NCBI GenBank assembly: GCA_946965045.2 | Contig: OX337230.1 | Location: 1,860,001-1,924,000 of the forward strand | Origin: Epithemia pelagica | Taxonomy: Eukaryota > Protista > Bacillariophyta | DNA: 64,000 bases | Direction of reading: 5' to 3' | Shown here: positions 1 to 11,660 of the stretch, in pieces | Layout of the letters: every line of letters starts with the position of its first letter | Position numbering within the stretch: position 1 is the first letter of the stretch | Program-made: the position numbers and the translations under genes | Notes under the pieces: generated by a model | Databases searched by the model: none | What the model saw: only the letters and a program-made list of their open reading frames with translations | What the model was told of the DNA's origin: nothing

Positions 1-870
1 TTCTTTTCTCACTTTTACACAAATGTCATTGGATGCCATAAAATACTAGCATCAGTCGATGTGTTGTAGATTCCACCATCACCTAGTTAAAGGTGAGAAT
101 CCTAACAATCTCCTCCCCTGCTGCAATGTAACAGGGAGTGGAATCAAAGTTCGCCAATGGCTGAACAGAGCAATGGCCTTGTCTCGGGACATTGGACAAA
201 CGACCGGGCCGTTGATGATGGATCGAAAGGGTGTACCCATCGCGCCACGAATGCTGGATGACATCCTGCATCGACAGTCATGCAAACTTTTCGACGATGA
301 TAAAAACCTTTTTCCTCTGACTGCCATCAAAGGGGAAGAGGACATCGTCACAAAATACTTTGTGTTCCGATCTTTCAGACGGGGCTCGAATACAAGAGCA
401 AAAGAGGTGGGCGTCGACCAGCCAGACCTTGAAACCGTCAACCGATGGAGAATAAAGGAGAGAGCAGGAGCCAATAAACCAGGCGGGGCCATTGACCACA
501 TGTACGCAGACCTATCGATGCTTGTGGGGCCGTTTCTCCAATATAGTTCTGCAATGTGACGACCAAACCAAGATTCTCGGTGGAGGGGGTTTCTGGAACT
601 GGCAAGTTGCGTTGAGGCTGACATGGCAAGGCCTCTTCGCTTCTTGTCCATAAGAGAGAGAGTTTGAGCCGATTGCGTCCCCTGTCCGTTTCCGCCTTTG
701 CGATTGCATGGTGCAACCTGATCGCGTTGGTGGGCCACAAGCGGATCCAACAGGAGTCTTGATTTGGGTCTTTCTTTTTGTTCTTTTGGGCCGGTTCCCC
801 TGTCTGAGCATTGTGCCAGATCGGACCCTGAGTGGTGAAGGATTACCCTTCCCCCCACAACACAACCTAA
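1..870 (+). mobile_element. 3' remnant of a tyrosine-recombinase (DIRS/Ngaro-like) retroelement, running off the left edge of the window
   Basis: ORF 59-559 carries YR C-terminal motifs: KGE, (F)RSFRRGS (HxxR box), NRWR and a distal HMY tyrosine. The ~300 bp of non-coding sequence after it is a probable terminal repeat; the right boundary is approximate. Confidence 0.65.
59..559 (+). pseudogene. Tyrosine recombinase C-terminal fragment (degenerate 5' part)
   Basis: Motifs FRSFRRGSNTRA...VNRWR...HMYADL...FLQYSSAM; the upstream frame is disrupted. Confidence 0.6.
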
Positions 871-1585
871 ACTAGTGTTTACGGTTGCGAGAATCTAATG
901 AGATAAGTTTATGATTTGATTCTGCTGTTTGTCTTTGTGTTTGCGCGAGAGAAAGGGATCCTGAGGCTGGATGGCGACATGGTGGGTGCTGAGCAGGGTT
1001 TGCGAGTGCCCTGTCCACATCCACACTCATTACTATTGTACTCCTACAATAACTCTTGTTATTGTATTGTACCTTTTCACACACCCGAGCGGTATTTACC
1101 TTAAATTCCTTTTTGTATTTTTGTTGTGGAAAATCGATTTCTCGCCGAGTAGTGTACGATTTTTGTTTCCCGGTTGTCCCTCTTTGTGACACGGTCAAAT
1201 CCCGGAATCTGAAATCGCTCTTCTTCCGCCCGCCAGATTCACTCATTTATCGGAATATAACGGTCGGTATCTGACAATTTCCCAGAGTCATGTGCCGGCG
1301 CGAGCCGAGATGTCCTGCCATCCAGGCAAGGTGCGCACATCATTCGTTGTTGTTCGTTCGCAGCCAAAGAACAAACACGAATCACCGCATGCAGACACAG
1401 GTGTGAGACCGACATTTGATCAACATACATGTTGGTTTTGCATGTTTTGACCCCTCTCATCTTTTTTGTACCACTCAGTCTACAATTCCCAAAGATCGAA
1501 GTCCTTTCAGCTGCATCCAAGCAAAGGACACTGAGAGTACAAGGTTGGGGGACTTTTCCGATCATTCAGAGGAGCACGTTTAGCC

Positions 1586-2341
1586 ATGCCCCGTGTCAAC
1601 GATGCTTGTCCGCGATACAAAGCCAAGAGTGTTCAAAAGCTAGATGACAATGCATTTCTTGTTGTAGCCACCTTGAAAAATGGCAAAATGATGAAAAGCA
1701 ACAAAAACATGATTATCCTAAGACACAACAAACGGGAGCTTACATTGATCAATCCCGTGCGACTTGACGATGAAGGCGAAGCTACTCTACAAAAGTTGGG
1801 AACGATTCAAAGACTTATCCGACTGGCACCTCGTCAGGGTGTGGAACATGACAAGTATTATCTAAGCAGGTTCCCGACGGTGAGAAGATGGGCACCTTCA
1901 CGCGGTACTGACGATGAACTACCTGTTCATCGAATATTGACAGAAGACGATGACGCCATTTTGCCGGCTTGTCACGTGTTCAGTTTTCAAGCCACAGCAC
2001 TGCCTGAATGTGCACTTGTAATACTACAAGATTATGTGGGCAATCTACTTGTGACGGCAGAGGCTCTTCAAGCGCACCGAGACAATCCTCACATCAATTT
2101 AGCTGCGAGAACTCAATTGGCAGCGCGGGGGCTATTGGTACGAGATGTCGTTATCCCGCCTTGCTGGCTGAAACAGATGCAGTCGTCTGCCAAGAAAGAC
2201 AAGAATGGAATCCGCAATGATATGGAATCACTGCTTAGACTGGACTTTGAAAGATTGGTTGGCTGTACTGGTGTAATGATACATCAGAGAGCCAAAGAAA
2301 AGGTTGTTGTCGCGGTCGAGCAAAGTCTACCATTGTGGTGA
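1586..2341 (+). CDS. Hypothetical protein, metallo-beta-lactamase-fold / DUF4336-like
   Basis: Intronless 251-aa ORF. NMIILRH..ELTLINPVRLDDEGEATLQKLGTIQRLIRLAP resembles bacterial MBL-fold hypothetical proteins. Confidence 0.55.
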   Translation: MPRVNDACPRYKAKSVQKLDDNAFLVVATLKNGKMMKSNKNMIILRHNKRELTLINPVRLDDEGEATLQKLGTIQRLIRLAPRQGVEHDKYYLSRFPTVRRWAPSRGTDDELPVHRILTEDDDAILPACHVFSFQATALPECALVILQDYVGNLLVTAEALQAHRDNPHINLAARTQLAARGLLVRDVVIPPCWLKQMQSSAKKDKNGIRNDMESLLRLDFERLVGCTGVMIHQRAKEKVVVAVEQSLPLW

Positions 2342-2806
2342 GAACCCTCTTCTGAGAACAAAGAACGCGCTCATGCATGGTCTAGAGGGATTCGTTTGTT
2401 CATGCTTCTTTGTACATTGTTGTTCGATACATGTTTCATTTCGCTACTCCTACGTCATATGTATTTCTCTGCTAAGCAAGAATAATTCTAGAAACAATTA
2501 GTTGAACAAGTCCGCAGTTGCTGTATCATAGTAGCGTCACGTTTCATGATACAACATGGTTCTTTATGATGTTGAGGCAACAATATTGTTGTGTCTAAGA
2601 GATTTAGCCCTAGAGGGGTCCCCTCTTGCTACTCGCTAGCATGGAGGACTACATATTACATAGATAATCTATGGAGTTTATTGCTAGGGTATCTTCTTCC
2701 CATCCATCCATAGACAATGCGAATGCGAAGATGTTGCTGTTTCTTCAATGATGTCCATGTTCGAAAAAAGATACTCTCTGGGCTTTGAATCTGAAAGGAG
2801 ACAACC

Positions 2807-4054
2807 ATGAGGATCGCTTCAACGAGAGCACTTGCCATATGTTTCAGGTGGTTCTTGTCAGTTCTGCTTGGCATCTTCTTTTCGTCTCGTGGTGCCAACT
2901 CATGGACTTCGGACTTCTTGTCTCGGTCGCAGTTGGTCAATGAGCTGCAAACCTCTTGTTTCACTCCTCAGGACATTCTTGATCGTGTAGGTCGACATGT
3001 TACTCCTGCGATCGATCCATCTGGTGAACTATCTCGGCTTGTTCTTGTAAGACTGTCGAAGCAATGGACTTCTCTAGGCAACAGACGAATTCAAGACGAC
3101 GAGCTCAAGGCTTGGAGGGTTGCTGACGAGGAACAAAGTTTACTGGACGCTGTTGTGAGAAGTTTGTTGGAATCGGCATCAGAGAGCAGCTGTTCGTATG
3201 GTAATTTGGTCGAGGGAACAAAAGCCTATTCAATCGTGTCAAGGCTGCAGCCTGTGGTTTCTTCAGAAGAAGTCATTAACTTCTGGCAAGATAAGGCAAG
3301 CAACCTTGTCCCACACTTGAACGACAACGAAATCTCGGGTATTCATTGGGCCATTGAAGGTATGGCCTGCTCTTTGAATTCGACAACAAATGGCGGGAAA
3401 GTCTTTGTGCCTGAACCCATCCAAAGAGCATTCGCCGATCTTGATTTGCCTTTCCGTATCATACCAGGGTTGCTTTCCGACAGTCCGTACCTCTCTGTTC
3501 AAACTATGTGCAATGAGGTGGAGTTTAATGTGGACCAAATTCAAACAGTGTCAAATAAGGTTGTGAGTGAAAGACGAGAAACAGCTTGGCAGGGTGATCA
3601 TGGTGTAGCTCCTTTTTTATACGGAGGAAAGGCGATGCCCACTCACAATTGGTCACCGATTGTTCGCAATGTGCGCGATTATTTGGCTGACCCAAAAAGT
3701 GGACACAATGAATACTATGATTGCAGTCTGATCAATCACTATCCAAACGGTGACAGTGGCATGCGTTACCACGTTGATCCTGATCAAGGTACACTGTGGG
3801 ACTATGACACTGCTGTTGTTAGTGTAGGAGCGTCACGGCGTTTTTCCTTTCGCCGAATTCCATCATTGGAAAGTGATGGCAAGAACAATTGTCATCACAG
3901 CTACGTGGTAATGCACGGAGACGTTGCCCATATGTTTGGACGTTGTCAAGAGCAATATCAACATTGCGTCAAAAAGGCCGAGACAAGAGAGGACAACGCT
4001 GCCCGAGTAAGCTTGGTATTCAAACGATCTTTGGGCTGTAAAACGTCATCTTGA
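2807..4054 (+). CDS. AlkB-like 2OG-Fe(II) dioxygenase with a probable bipartite plastid-targeting leader
   Basis: Motifs LINHYPNGDSGMRYHVD (HxD), VVSVGASRRFSFR, HGD, QHCV (distal H) and RVSLVFKR; hydrophobic N-terminal signal ending ANS-W. Confidence 0.85.
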   Translation: MRIASTRALAICFRWFLSVLLGIFFSSRGANSWTSDFLSRSQLVNELQTSCFTPQDILDRVGRHVTPAIDPSGELSRLVLVRLSKQWTSLGNRRIQDDELKAWRVADEEQSLLDAVVRSLLESASESSCSYGNLVEGTKAYSIVSRLQPVVSSEEVINFWQDKASNLVPHLNDNEISGIHWAIEGMACSLNSTTNGGKVFVPEPIQRAFADLDLPFRIIPGLLSDSPYLSVQTMCNEVEFNVDQIQTVSNKVVSERRETAWQGDHGVAPFLYGGKAMPTHNWSPIVRNVRDYLADPKSGHNEYYDCSLINHYPNGDSGMRYHVDPDQGTLWDYDTAVVSVGASRRFSFRRIPSLESDGKNNCHHSYVVMHGDVAHMFGRCQEQYQHCVKKAETREDNAARVSLVFKRSLGCKTSS

Positions 4055-4628
4055 GAAGATTTTCTGTCATCTGTCGTACACAAGGTTAATGGTTAATACT
4101 ACACCAGTAGCACGATGGCGGAAGGTCTCTCGTAGAACATTGAAATGATTTCAAGGTAGTCCCGCGCTTTACATGATCGCAGTCATCAGACTCGTCTGAT
4201 CTAGAAGAATGATGGTGGTTCTACATATCATGGTGATGGTGGGTAGACAGAAGAGGAAGCAACATCTATTCATCGGAGTAGGAGTAGGAGATCCTTCTTT
4301 ATACCCCTACTCCTCTAAGATGTTTTGGAATGGGTGTGTAGGTCGTGGTCGCGGCTACGACCCAACGACGTCTCATTACCCCCAAGCATGGGCGACCCGG
4401 TCAGTCGCACTATTAGGTGCATTCCCTTAGTCATAACGGTACACTGAGGCCCACTCACCCCCGCTGGGGGTAGAAGTCTCATGGATTACGAAGAGCCATT
4501 CGGACGACGCTTCCTCAAAGGATTAGACGCGACAACTATCGTAATAATTGCAAATATTCTAGCCAAAAGGACGGGATTCAGAGAGCTTGATTGGACATCG
4601 CACTGCTTGTTGGAATAAAAAGTGACAA

Positions 4629-6255
4629 ATGTCGAACGCGTACGGGTTTGATTTTTTGCGTACCGAGCATCTTGATGAGAGTGCGCAGCAAGATGTGGTC
4701 CAAAAGCCTTCAAGCACTCAGGATGAACCAGGTACCCCGTCTACCATGGTCCTCTCTGAGGAAGCTTTGAATGAGATTCAGAACAAGCCTGACCTGGAAA
4801 AACAGTTCATGATTCTCCATTTCCTACAAGCACACCGCGGTTCTGGTTGTCTCGCACCCGATGTGATCTACAAATCAACGGGGATCGATTTGGATGTCGA
4901 TACCAAGGTTGGCGAAATGCTTCAAAAGAATCCAAAAGTTAAGGTGGAAATGGTCCCCGACCCCGAAAACCCGGCTCTACTCGTTGCTACTTACGCGTAT
5001 CAAGCAAAATATAGCACAGTACGCGATCGAACTACGTTGTTGGCACAAATCAATCGGATGGTGTCAGGTGTCCCCATGCGTGACCTACTGGACTCCTATC
5101 CAACTGTCGCGGACGATTTGCAAGCACTCATAACCGCAGGCGATGTAGTTGCTGTGGCCAATAGCGAGGATAAGGACAAGATACTCTTTCCGCGTGGTGA
5201 AGCATTTCTGGTGGAACTGGATGGAATTGTCACCTTGCCACGAAAAAAGGAAGGGCACGAACAACAGGTGGTGCAAGTAGATACGGATGTTGACCCTACG
5301 ACACAGATACGTCGTGGTGAAGCGATCCAGGTTGGTGGAGAATGGTTCCGAGTGAGCTCCGCCGTCCGAGCTGGTGTTCCACTTTCGGAACAGCCCAGTC
5401 GTGCTCAGGCGCCCTTGTCAGTGTCAAGCTCGCAAGATTTACCCAAACGAAACGAAGTGGATGGATACATACGGCCGCTGAACAGCAAAACAATTCCAAT
5501 GGACAACACTCTCTCATCCAAAGGTGTTGGCAATCTTCAATGTGCGAAGGAAGCAAGGGAGAGTTTGTCCAAACTGGCCCATGGTGGACGTATTTCATCA
5601 GGTGGGGGAGGTGGAAGTTTAGGTGTTTTGGTCGGACAAGCTCTGGGGTCGTTGGCACATCCCAACAATCCTGCAGCACTCGCTGGGGCAGCCGCAGCAT
5701 CATCAGGATCTTCCTCATCGGTTTCTTCGTCGGCTCGTCGCCGCCAAAATCGTAATGCAGTCAGCACAAATAGTTCGCAAGGAGGTGGAGCCACGAAAGA
5801 AGAACTGATAAAGGCCGCCAGTGATGTGGCCCTAGCCACTTTTTCTCATGCGTGGCGTCATGGTTGCACCAAAGATATTCGTGCCATGTACCTAGCCACA
5901 GCCAAGTTGGTGCCAGACTCAGACGCTGAACTTCAAGCGAAACTGGTGGAACAGAGATTATTGGAGCCGTAGGTTATGCCTCTGTGTTGCGTCTCTTTTC
6001 TTGTTGCTCGACTGAAGCTGACCTCTATTTTTCGATTTATGCAGGGGCGAACAGATGCGTCGCCCTCGTTTGAAAAAACGGGGTGCCGGAGCGAACTTGG
6101 ACAACGATGGAAAGCCAAAGAAACGACGTTATTACGAAAGAAAAAATCAACGGATGACGAACACACACTTGGACAACACGCCAGAAGGTGCGGTCCTAGC
6201 ATTGGCGTTGGAGCAACAAAAACAGGGAAAGAGTGTTGGTGACGGTGGAATGTGA
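4629..6255 (+). CDS. GTF2E2: Transcription initiation factor IIE beta subunit (2 exons; intron 5969-6044)
   Basis: YQAKY..VRD..LL..I, DLLDSYP and NSEDKDKILFPR in the core. A GT-AG intron joins ORF 4629 in frame to ORF 6055, which ends with the conserved K..RMTNTHL motif. Confidence 0.75.
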
Positions 6256-6804
6256 ACTCTTTTTCTCCCCCCATTTTGAAATGGGATTTACTTCAGCTCA
6301 GTACGCAGCCACAGTGAAATCACAGATTGGCGTTGACGTCTTCAAAGCACCCGTGAAAATTCATAGACGCAGGAATGTGGACTGTTGTTGTTGACCGAAG
6401 TTCATACCCATCAATTGATGGTTTCGTGTGTTGACGTGCATTTGAAATGCATCAACTTTATCCCGGAAATCCTTCGTCAGGCCGACCATAAAGTGGGAAA
6501 CAAAATATAGAGATTCTCCTTTTAGCGGTTCAGCGTGAAGGATAGGTTGACAGCTCATGTTGCATGATAAGGCATCTTCTTGTCACAGGCGAGATGAGAA
6601 ACTAAGCTATGTAAAGAGCAGTAGGGGGAGAGGAGGCGTCATTGAGCCGTTCTATTCCGACGTTTTGCATCGTAACAATGATCTGTGTCGTATGAGTTTC
6701 AAATAAGGACTCTTGAGGTTCTGAGGTGGTCAATTCTCCATAGTCACCGTAAGAGGAAGATTTGGCGAGGCATCCTAATTCCCATTCGATTTTGTTCCTC
6801 AACT

Positions 6805-8880
6805 TTAGTACTTGTCTGGTTCAACGAGGCTCAGTGGGACTCTATCTCTTCCACGAACAGCACGTTCCGCGCTACCTGAAGCTGATCCACTTGACGCCAC
6901 TTCTTCCCACTTATGTAAGAGGCGGTTCAGCTGGTGTACTAAGATCCATTCAGCAAACAATAATGATTCCTCAGATTCAACCTCTCCCTGTGCCTTGCCA
7001 GCTCTAGAGGCGTCCGACAAAAGACTGCGATTCACGTCGCGCTCGAGAAGATCCCAAGTCACGTTATACAAAGCCGGTGAAGAGCTATCATGTGTGTCCG
7101 GGAAAAGTTTCCAAAACGGAGGAACAGCCGGATACTGTGCCTTGTCGATTTCCACACTAGCCCGAATATCCAAAATATTCGTTCGTGACAAGGACTTCTT
7201 ACAGTGAACATCATAGATGAAAATGGTCGAAGCACCACCAGATTGGTCCGGTTCTTGATTTTTACTTTGTTGTGTAAACGAAGCTTGCCAAGAAGACGGC
7301 GGCGCTAATGTTGGTGCGACAGTCGAGTCATCGCTGTGCTTAGCAACAGGTATCGGTGGAATCTTGTGATGTTGACAAAGAGACTGAAGTATGTATTTCA
7401 GAGTTGCATTGGCACGAATTCGCCGTTTCACTGTTTGAACAATTGTGCGGGTGGAGGTGGTAGATGGAGGAGTCAAAGATATGGAAGGCGATGGCGAAGG
7501 ACTCTGGCTTGTTGTTGCCGATGTCACCAAATGAACACCTCCCAAATAGTGACACCATCTATAGTATCCGTCCCCTGCATGTTCATTGGAAAAGAGGTAT
7601 GACAGCAACAATGATTGATCAAGGGCGGTGGGGCATCCACTCACTGATGCTTTGATGAATCGTGGGCCTGTGGGCGACTTTTCTTCGCAATACTGAAAGT
7701 GAATTGTAACTGCGCGTTTCTTATGACTGTTGTTGTTGGATCGATGCTTGGACGTAAAAATGTCAGGGACGGGCAAACTCCATTGAACCTCGTGTGGTTG
7801 TGAGGAATTGTCCTGTCCTTCCTGTCCTTTCTTCTGGTCGTCTGTAGACGACAATCCTATAGTTGGAACAACGCGAAGTATCATCTTGTCAGTCTGACGC
7901 ATTTCAGAAGCAGTGAAAGAACTATCCTCATCGCCTGCCATGATACGAGGTGACTCAACTAGGTCCAGGTATTCCTGAAGAGATACAAACAGAGTATAAA
8001 GTGGAGCAGGGAGTTGTTGAGCCAGCTGTAACCGTTCCATTCGGACGCTACCAATGTAGGGCAAGGAGAACCAGTTTTGCAATGGTTTTGACGCTTGTTC
8101 CAAGGTGGCGAGTTGCTGGGGAAGCTGAATTAGCATTTTTTGTTCCTCTTCACATTTCTTTTGGAGTGATTTCAGCTTGGATTTCAATGCATCTCGTTGC
8201 TTTTCCAAACTTGATCGCTTGGAAAGTTCTAAATGCAAGTACCGTAAGATGGATGCGCGGTGATTAGGATTGTTCGGCTCCAACGGAGTCAATGTTGATA
8301 CTGTCTCGGAATCATCAGTTGTACGCTGCTCATCCTTGCGCTGTTTCCGATGCCGTTGCGCCAAAACTTGTTCCAGAAAGGGCATGACATGATTCTTCTC
8401 TTTTGTAATCTTTTCTTCGAGGTTTGCCTTTTCGTACTGCAGAGAACCCCAAGATTTCTCTAGACGGCGCTTTGACCTACATTGGTCTTGACAAGACTTC
8501 TCTAGAACAGAGCACTGTTGCAACAAGTCGCGCTGCCACTTTCGGAGCAACAGTAGACCATTGCTCAGAGATGGTATTATGGCTGAAGACGTCGGCTCAG
8601 ACGGAGAGGAAGATTCCTCCGAAGGTGGTTTGTCATCAGCGGACGATTCCAGGCTATGCCTACCTTTGATCTGCTTCAACTGATCAATCATAAGCTCCAC
8701 CAAATGATGGATTTGTGTCGCATTCAAATCGCCTTGATCGAATGATGATGCAATATCCATCAAAGGTGCATTGTCGGCAGGTGATTCTATCGTTGTTGTG
8801 CGCGATCGTTTCGCTGGAGGCATGGAATCATCATCATCATTTTTCTCATCTGAAGATCTTTTGTTCGATTCAGAGCTCAT
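6805..8880 (-). CDS. THOC5: THO complex subunit 5 (FmiP/Thoc5-like)
   Basis: LQYEKANLEEKI, LHLELSKRSSLEKQ, LPQQLATLEQASKPLQ and AQQLPAPLYTLF match the Thoc5 N-terminal pattern; probable ATG at 8880. Confidence 0.75.
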   Translation of the reverse strand: MSSESNKRSSDEKNDDDDSMPPAKRSRTTTIESPADNAPLMDIASSFDQGDLNATQIHHLVELMIDQLKQIKGRHSLESSADDKPPSEESSSPSEPTSSAIIPSLSNGLLLLRKWQRDLLQQCSVLEKSCQDQCRSKRRLEKSWGSLQYEKANLEEKITKEKNHVMPFLEQVLAQRHRKQRKDEQRTTDDSETVSTLTPLEPNNPNHRASILRYLHLELSKRSSLEKQRDALKSKLKSLQKKCEEEQKMLIQLPQQLATLEQASKPLQNWFSLPYIGSVRMERLQLAQQLPAPLYTLFVSLQEYLDLVESPRIMAGDEDSSFTASEMRQTDKMILRVVPTIGLSSTDDQKKGQEGQDNSSQPHEVQWSLPVPDIFTSKHRSNNNSHKKRAVTIHFQYCEEKSPTGPRFIKASVSGCPTALDQSLLLSYLFSNEHAGDGYYRWCHYLGGVHLVTSATTSQSPSPSPSISLTPPSTTSTRTIVQTVKRRIRANATLKYILQSLCQHHKIPPIPVAKHSDDSTVAPTLAPPSSWQASFTQQSKNQEPDQSGGASTIFIYDVHCKKSLSRTNILDIRASVEIDKAQYPAVPPFWKLFPDTHDSSSPALYNVTWDLLERDVNRSLLSDASRAGKAQGEVESEESLLFAEWILVHQLNRLLHKWEEVASSGSASGSAERAVRGRDRVPLSLVEPDKY

Positions 8881-9155
8881 GGTGCTCTGGCCGAAGATCT
8901 CAATGAAAACAAACGAGATACCACAGGAAAGAGTCACACGGTAGACAATCAATAATTCTCCGCCATGGTGGATGTGGTGGAAAACGGCGGCGCGATTTTT
9001 CGGTCGCGTATAAAGGGCAGACGCACGGACGCACCTTCCGATTGCCGTTACAAATCTTACGAAGAGTCAACAATGACGATTTGATGTCACATGTATCTAC
9101 CTTGGACACCCGTTACCTATTGACTCTTTGATTCTTTCACGATAGACACTTCACC

Positions 9156-10048
9156 ATGACTTCGTCTTTTCGATACCCTCCTCGACTTCTTCATAGCTAC
9201 ACTGAATCTCAATGGTTGCCTGAGACTGAAGAGCAGCAAACATCGAGGTGCGTTCGAGTTGACCACTTCTCATAAATCTCTGTTGTGGTTGTCATTTGTC
9301 ACGTTCCGTTCCATACATGCTCTTATATCTCTCGTTGTGTATTTGAACTAGTTTGGATCGATTGGAAGCTGAAGAGAAAGCAAGAGTACAGAAACTAAAG
9401 CGACAAGTACTACCAGAAAATATTCCGGATCCTATTGGTTTGGATGACACCAAAAAGTTCTCTCTCAACAACGACCAGCAAGCATCCACAGATTTCTTAG
9501 GATCGACTGCAGCGCTCTATGGCCCACTCATCAGCACCAACAGCAACGTCCAACAGCTTTTTTGGGAAAAATATGAAATGCAACACCAACAAGCAATGGA
9601 ACGTCATCGACGCCCAAACCGTGATGAACAAGGTACATCAGAACTACGGCACCAGGAACAGCCATCTTCAATAGGTATCTTGCCTTACGGCAGAAGGCGT
9701 CGCTACAATTTCAGGGCTCATGGACCTTTGCCTACAGGAATGGAAGTTCCCGACTCTATTGTGACACAGCAAACCACCCCACGTTTGACAACTGTTGCGT
9801 TTCCAGGGGAACTGTACAGTAACAAAGTATCCATGGCCAACCCTACGAATGCAGCAAAACTTTCTTCAGCTGTTGCCTCGAGCTCAAATAGCGCTTCACC
9901 TGGTTCCATTGGGGGTAGGACAGTTGAAACTCCTCCGCCTTCAACGGGGGCCAAGAATAAGAGCAGTACGAGTATGATGAGTTTCAGTCCAGACGAAGAT
10001 ACAACTTTTGACGATGACGATGATGACGAAGACATGGTGGATGATTAA
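9156..10048 (+). CDS. Hypothetical protein (2 exons; intron 9248-9351), acidic C-terminal tail
   Basis: ATG at 9156; a GT..AG intron splices in frame into ORF 9353-10048. Confidence 0.6.
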
Positions 10049-10429
10049 CTTGAAAATATCTGTGACAACTTTATGTAGGACTGTCGATCTGCCGCATTCG
10101 TCAATTCTGCAGGTCAATCCAGACGATTGAGCTTTTTCGGAAATTGGCTCAGACGAAAGTATGGCGGCAACAGGTTCCGATCGCGTAATCCTAGTTGAAC
10201 ATTTCCCTTGATGATTGAATCGTCCCTACAACGCACAAGAATATCATTTCCATACTTGAAGATTTTAATAGACAAGTGAGGAGAATTGAAAAGGGCATTC
10301 TATAAAGAGTCTTCATCCAATTCGTCGTATCATACTATTAGCTCAATCTGAAAGCAAATACTTCGATTGACCCCAAAACTTCTGCTGGGAGCATGGTACA
10401 TTCAGCAGAACAAGCGATGGTGTGTGTAC

Positions 10430-10939
10430 TTATTTCTTGGGTGTGGTGTAGTCAATTTCGCCAAAGAAGTCTTCTTCCTCGTCGTACTTGCCGTATTGTT
10501 GGTACCAGAGGGTCAAGATGAACCAGTGACCAATGAACAATACACCCAAAAGACGGTTGTCGTCAACTCCGAACCATTCGCCAGTTCCTTCAGTTGCCAA
10601 AGCAGAGGAAGTGGAAAGGATGGCAGGGACATCCATCAATTCAGGGACGGCGGCAACGGCGGTCTTGGAAACACCGAAGGCTGCAAAATGGACAAAGAAC
10701 ACAATAATTAGAATACATCCGTTCCTCGCACATACACAACGCAAATCCGCCCTTCACTCGCTTGACACGGTCTTTCTTCATTTCTCTCGTCGGCATTCGG
10801 CAAATTGGACATGGAGCACACAGACCAACGAAACGATTGATCCCTGGATTGCACATCACCTACCAGCAGGAGCTGCGGGAACGAATGCTGCGGCCAAGTT
10901 GGCGAACACAGCGATCAAAGCCAAAAGTCGGAGCATCAT
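10430..10939 (-). CDS. psbW: Photosystem II subunit PsbW-like, nuclear-encoded (2 exons; intron 10863-10681)
   Basis: Spliced product [31 protein letters not shown]...[47 protein letters not shown]. It has a signal peptide, an ASAFAP-like motif, an AxA lumenal cleavage site, the TEGTG motif, one TM helix and an acidic tail. Confidence 0.8.
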
Positions 10940-11660
10940 GGTGTGTTGAATGAAGTATCGATTGACGGGAAACTGACGTTCTGTGAGGGAGAAAACGAAA
11001 GCAAGGATAAGACCATGCGCGAATCCTTTGACCTCAACATGACCGTCTGTCGTCTGTCCGTTGTCGACAAAACGACGAATCCGATGGGGTGTAGTACGGA
11101 AATGTGAACGATGGGTTGTCTATTTCATTCGGAACTGGAAAGAAAAAAATCCGCACTTGAGCGCATGCAAGCACCACTCACCTTCCGACCGTTCGGACTC
11201 ACAATTTCTACTCGTCGTCAGAATTGCGCACCAACTTTCCGCTCCACTCAACAACAAAAATCCGACCTCCTTTGAACGAAAACTGAAGTGGTGCGACATG
11301 AAGACTTCAACCGCTCATTACAAAAGCTGACGTTCTACAACGGGTGGTTCAGTTGCACGATGAAGTGAATTTTCAGTTATTGACGGCGACAAAAAGCTTG
11401 TGCTGTCGAAAGAGGAGCCAACGTGTCTGTATCCATTCTTCCTCTTCTTGTTGCTCTTTCAAGGGCTTTCCTATCGTCGTCCTTGGAACAAGATCACTGT
11501 GGTTTGCCAACAACCCGAGTCAAACCTGGAAGGATTGGAATCAGTAGTGTATTCCTCTCCATTTGCCAGCTTTGGGGGTGATTGTGCGATCACTTGGCAA
11601 AACCGAATTGTTTCAAAAGTCGACAACTGTTTCGACAGGAATACTTCTTTCTTAAATCAT

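Noticed and set aside
79-858. 259-aa minus-strand ORF
   Set aside because: Antisense shadow of the tyrosine recombinase ORF, with no recognisable motifs.
10367-10949. Plus-strand ORFs of 114 and 138 aa
   Set aside because: Antisense to the spliced psbW gene, which has much stronger motif support.
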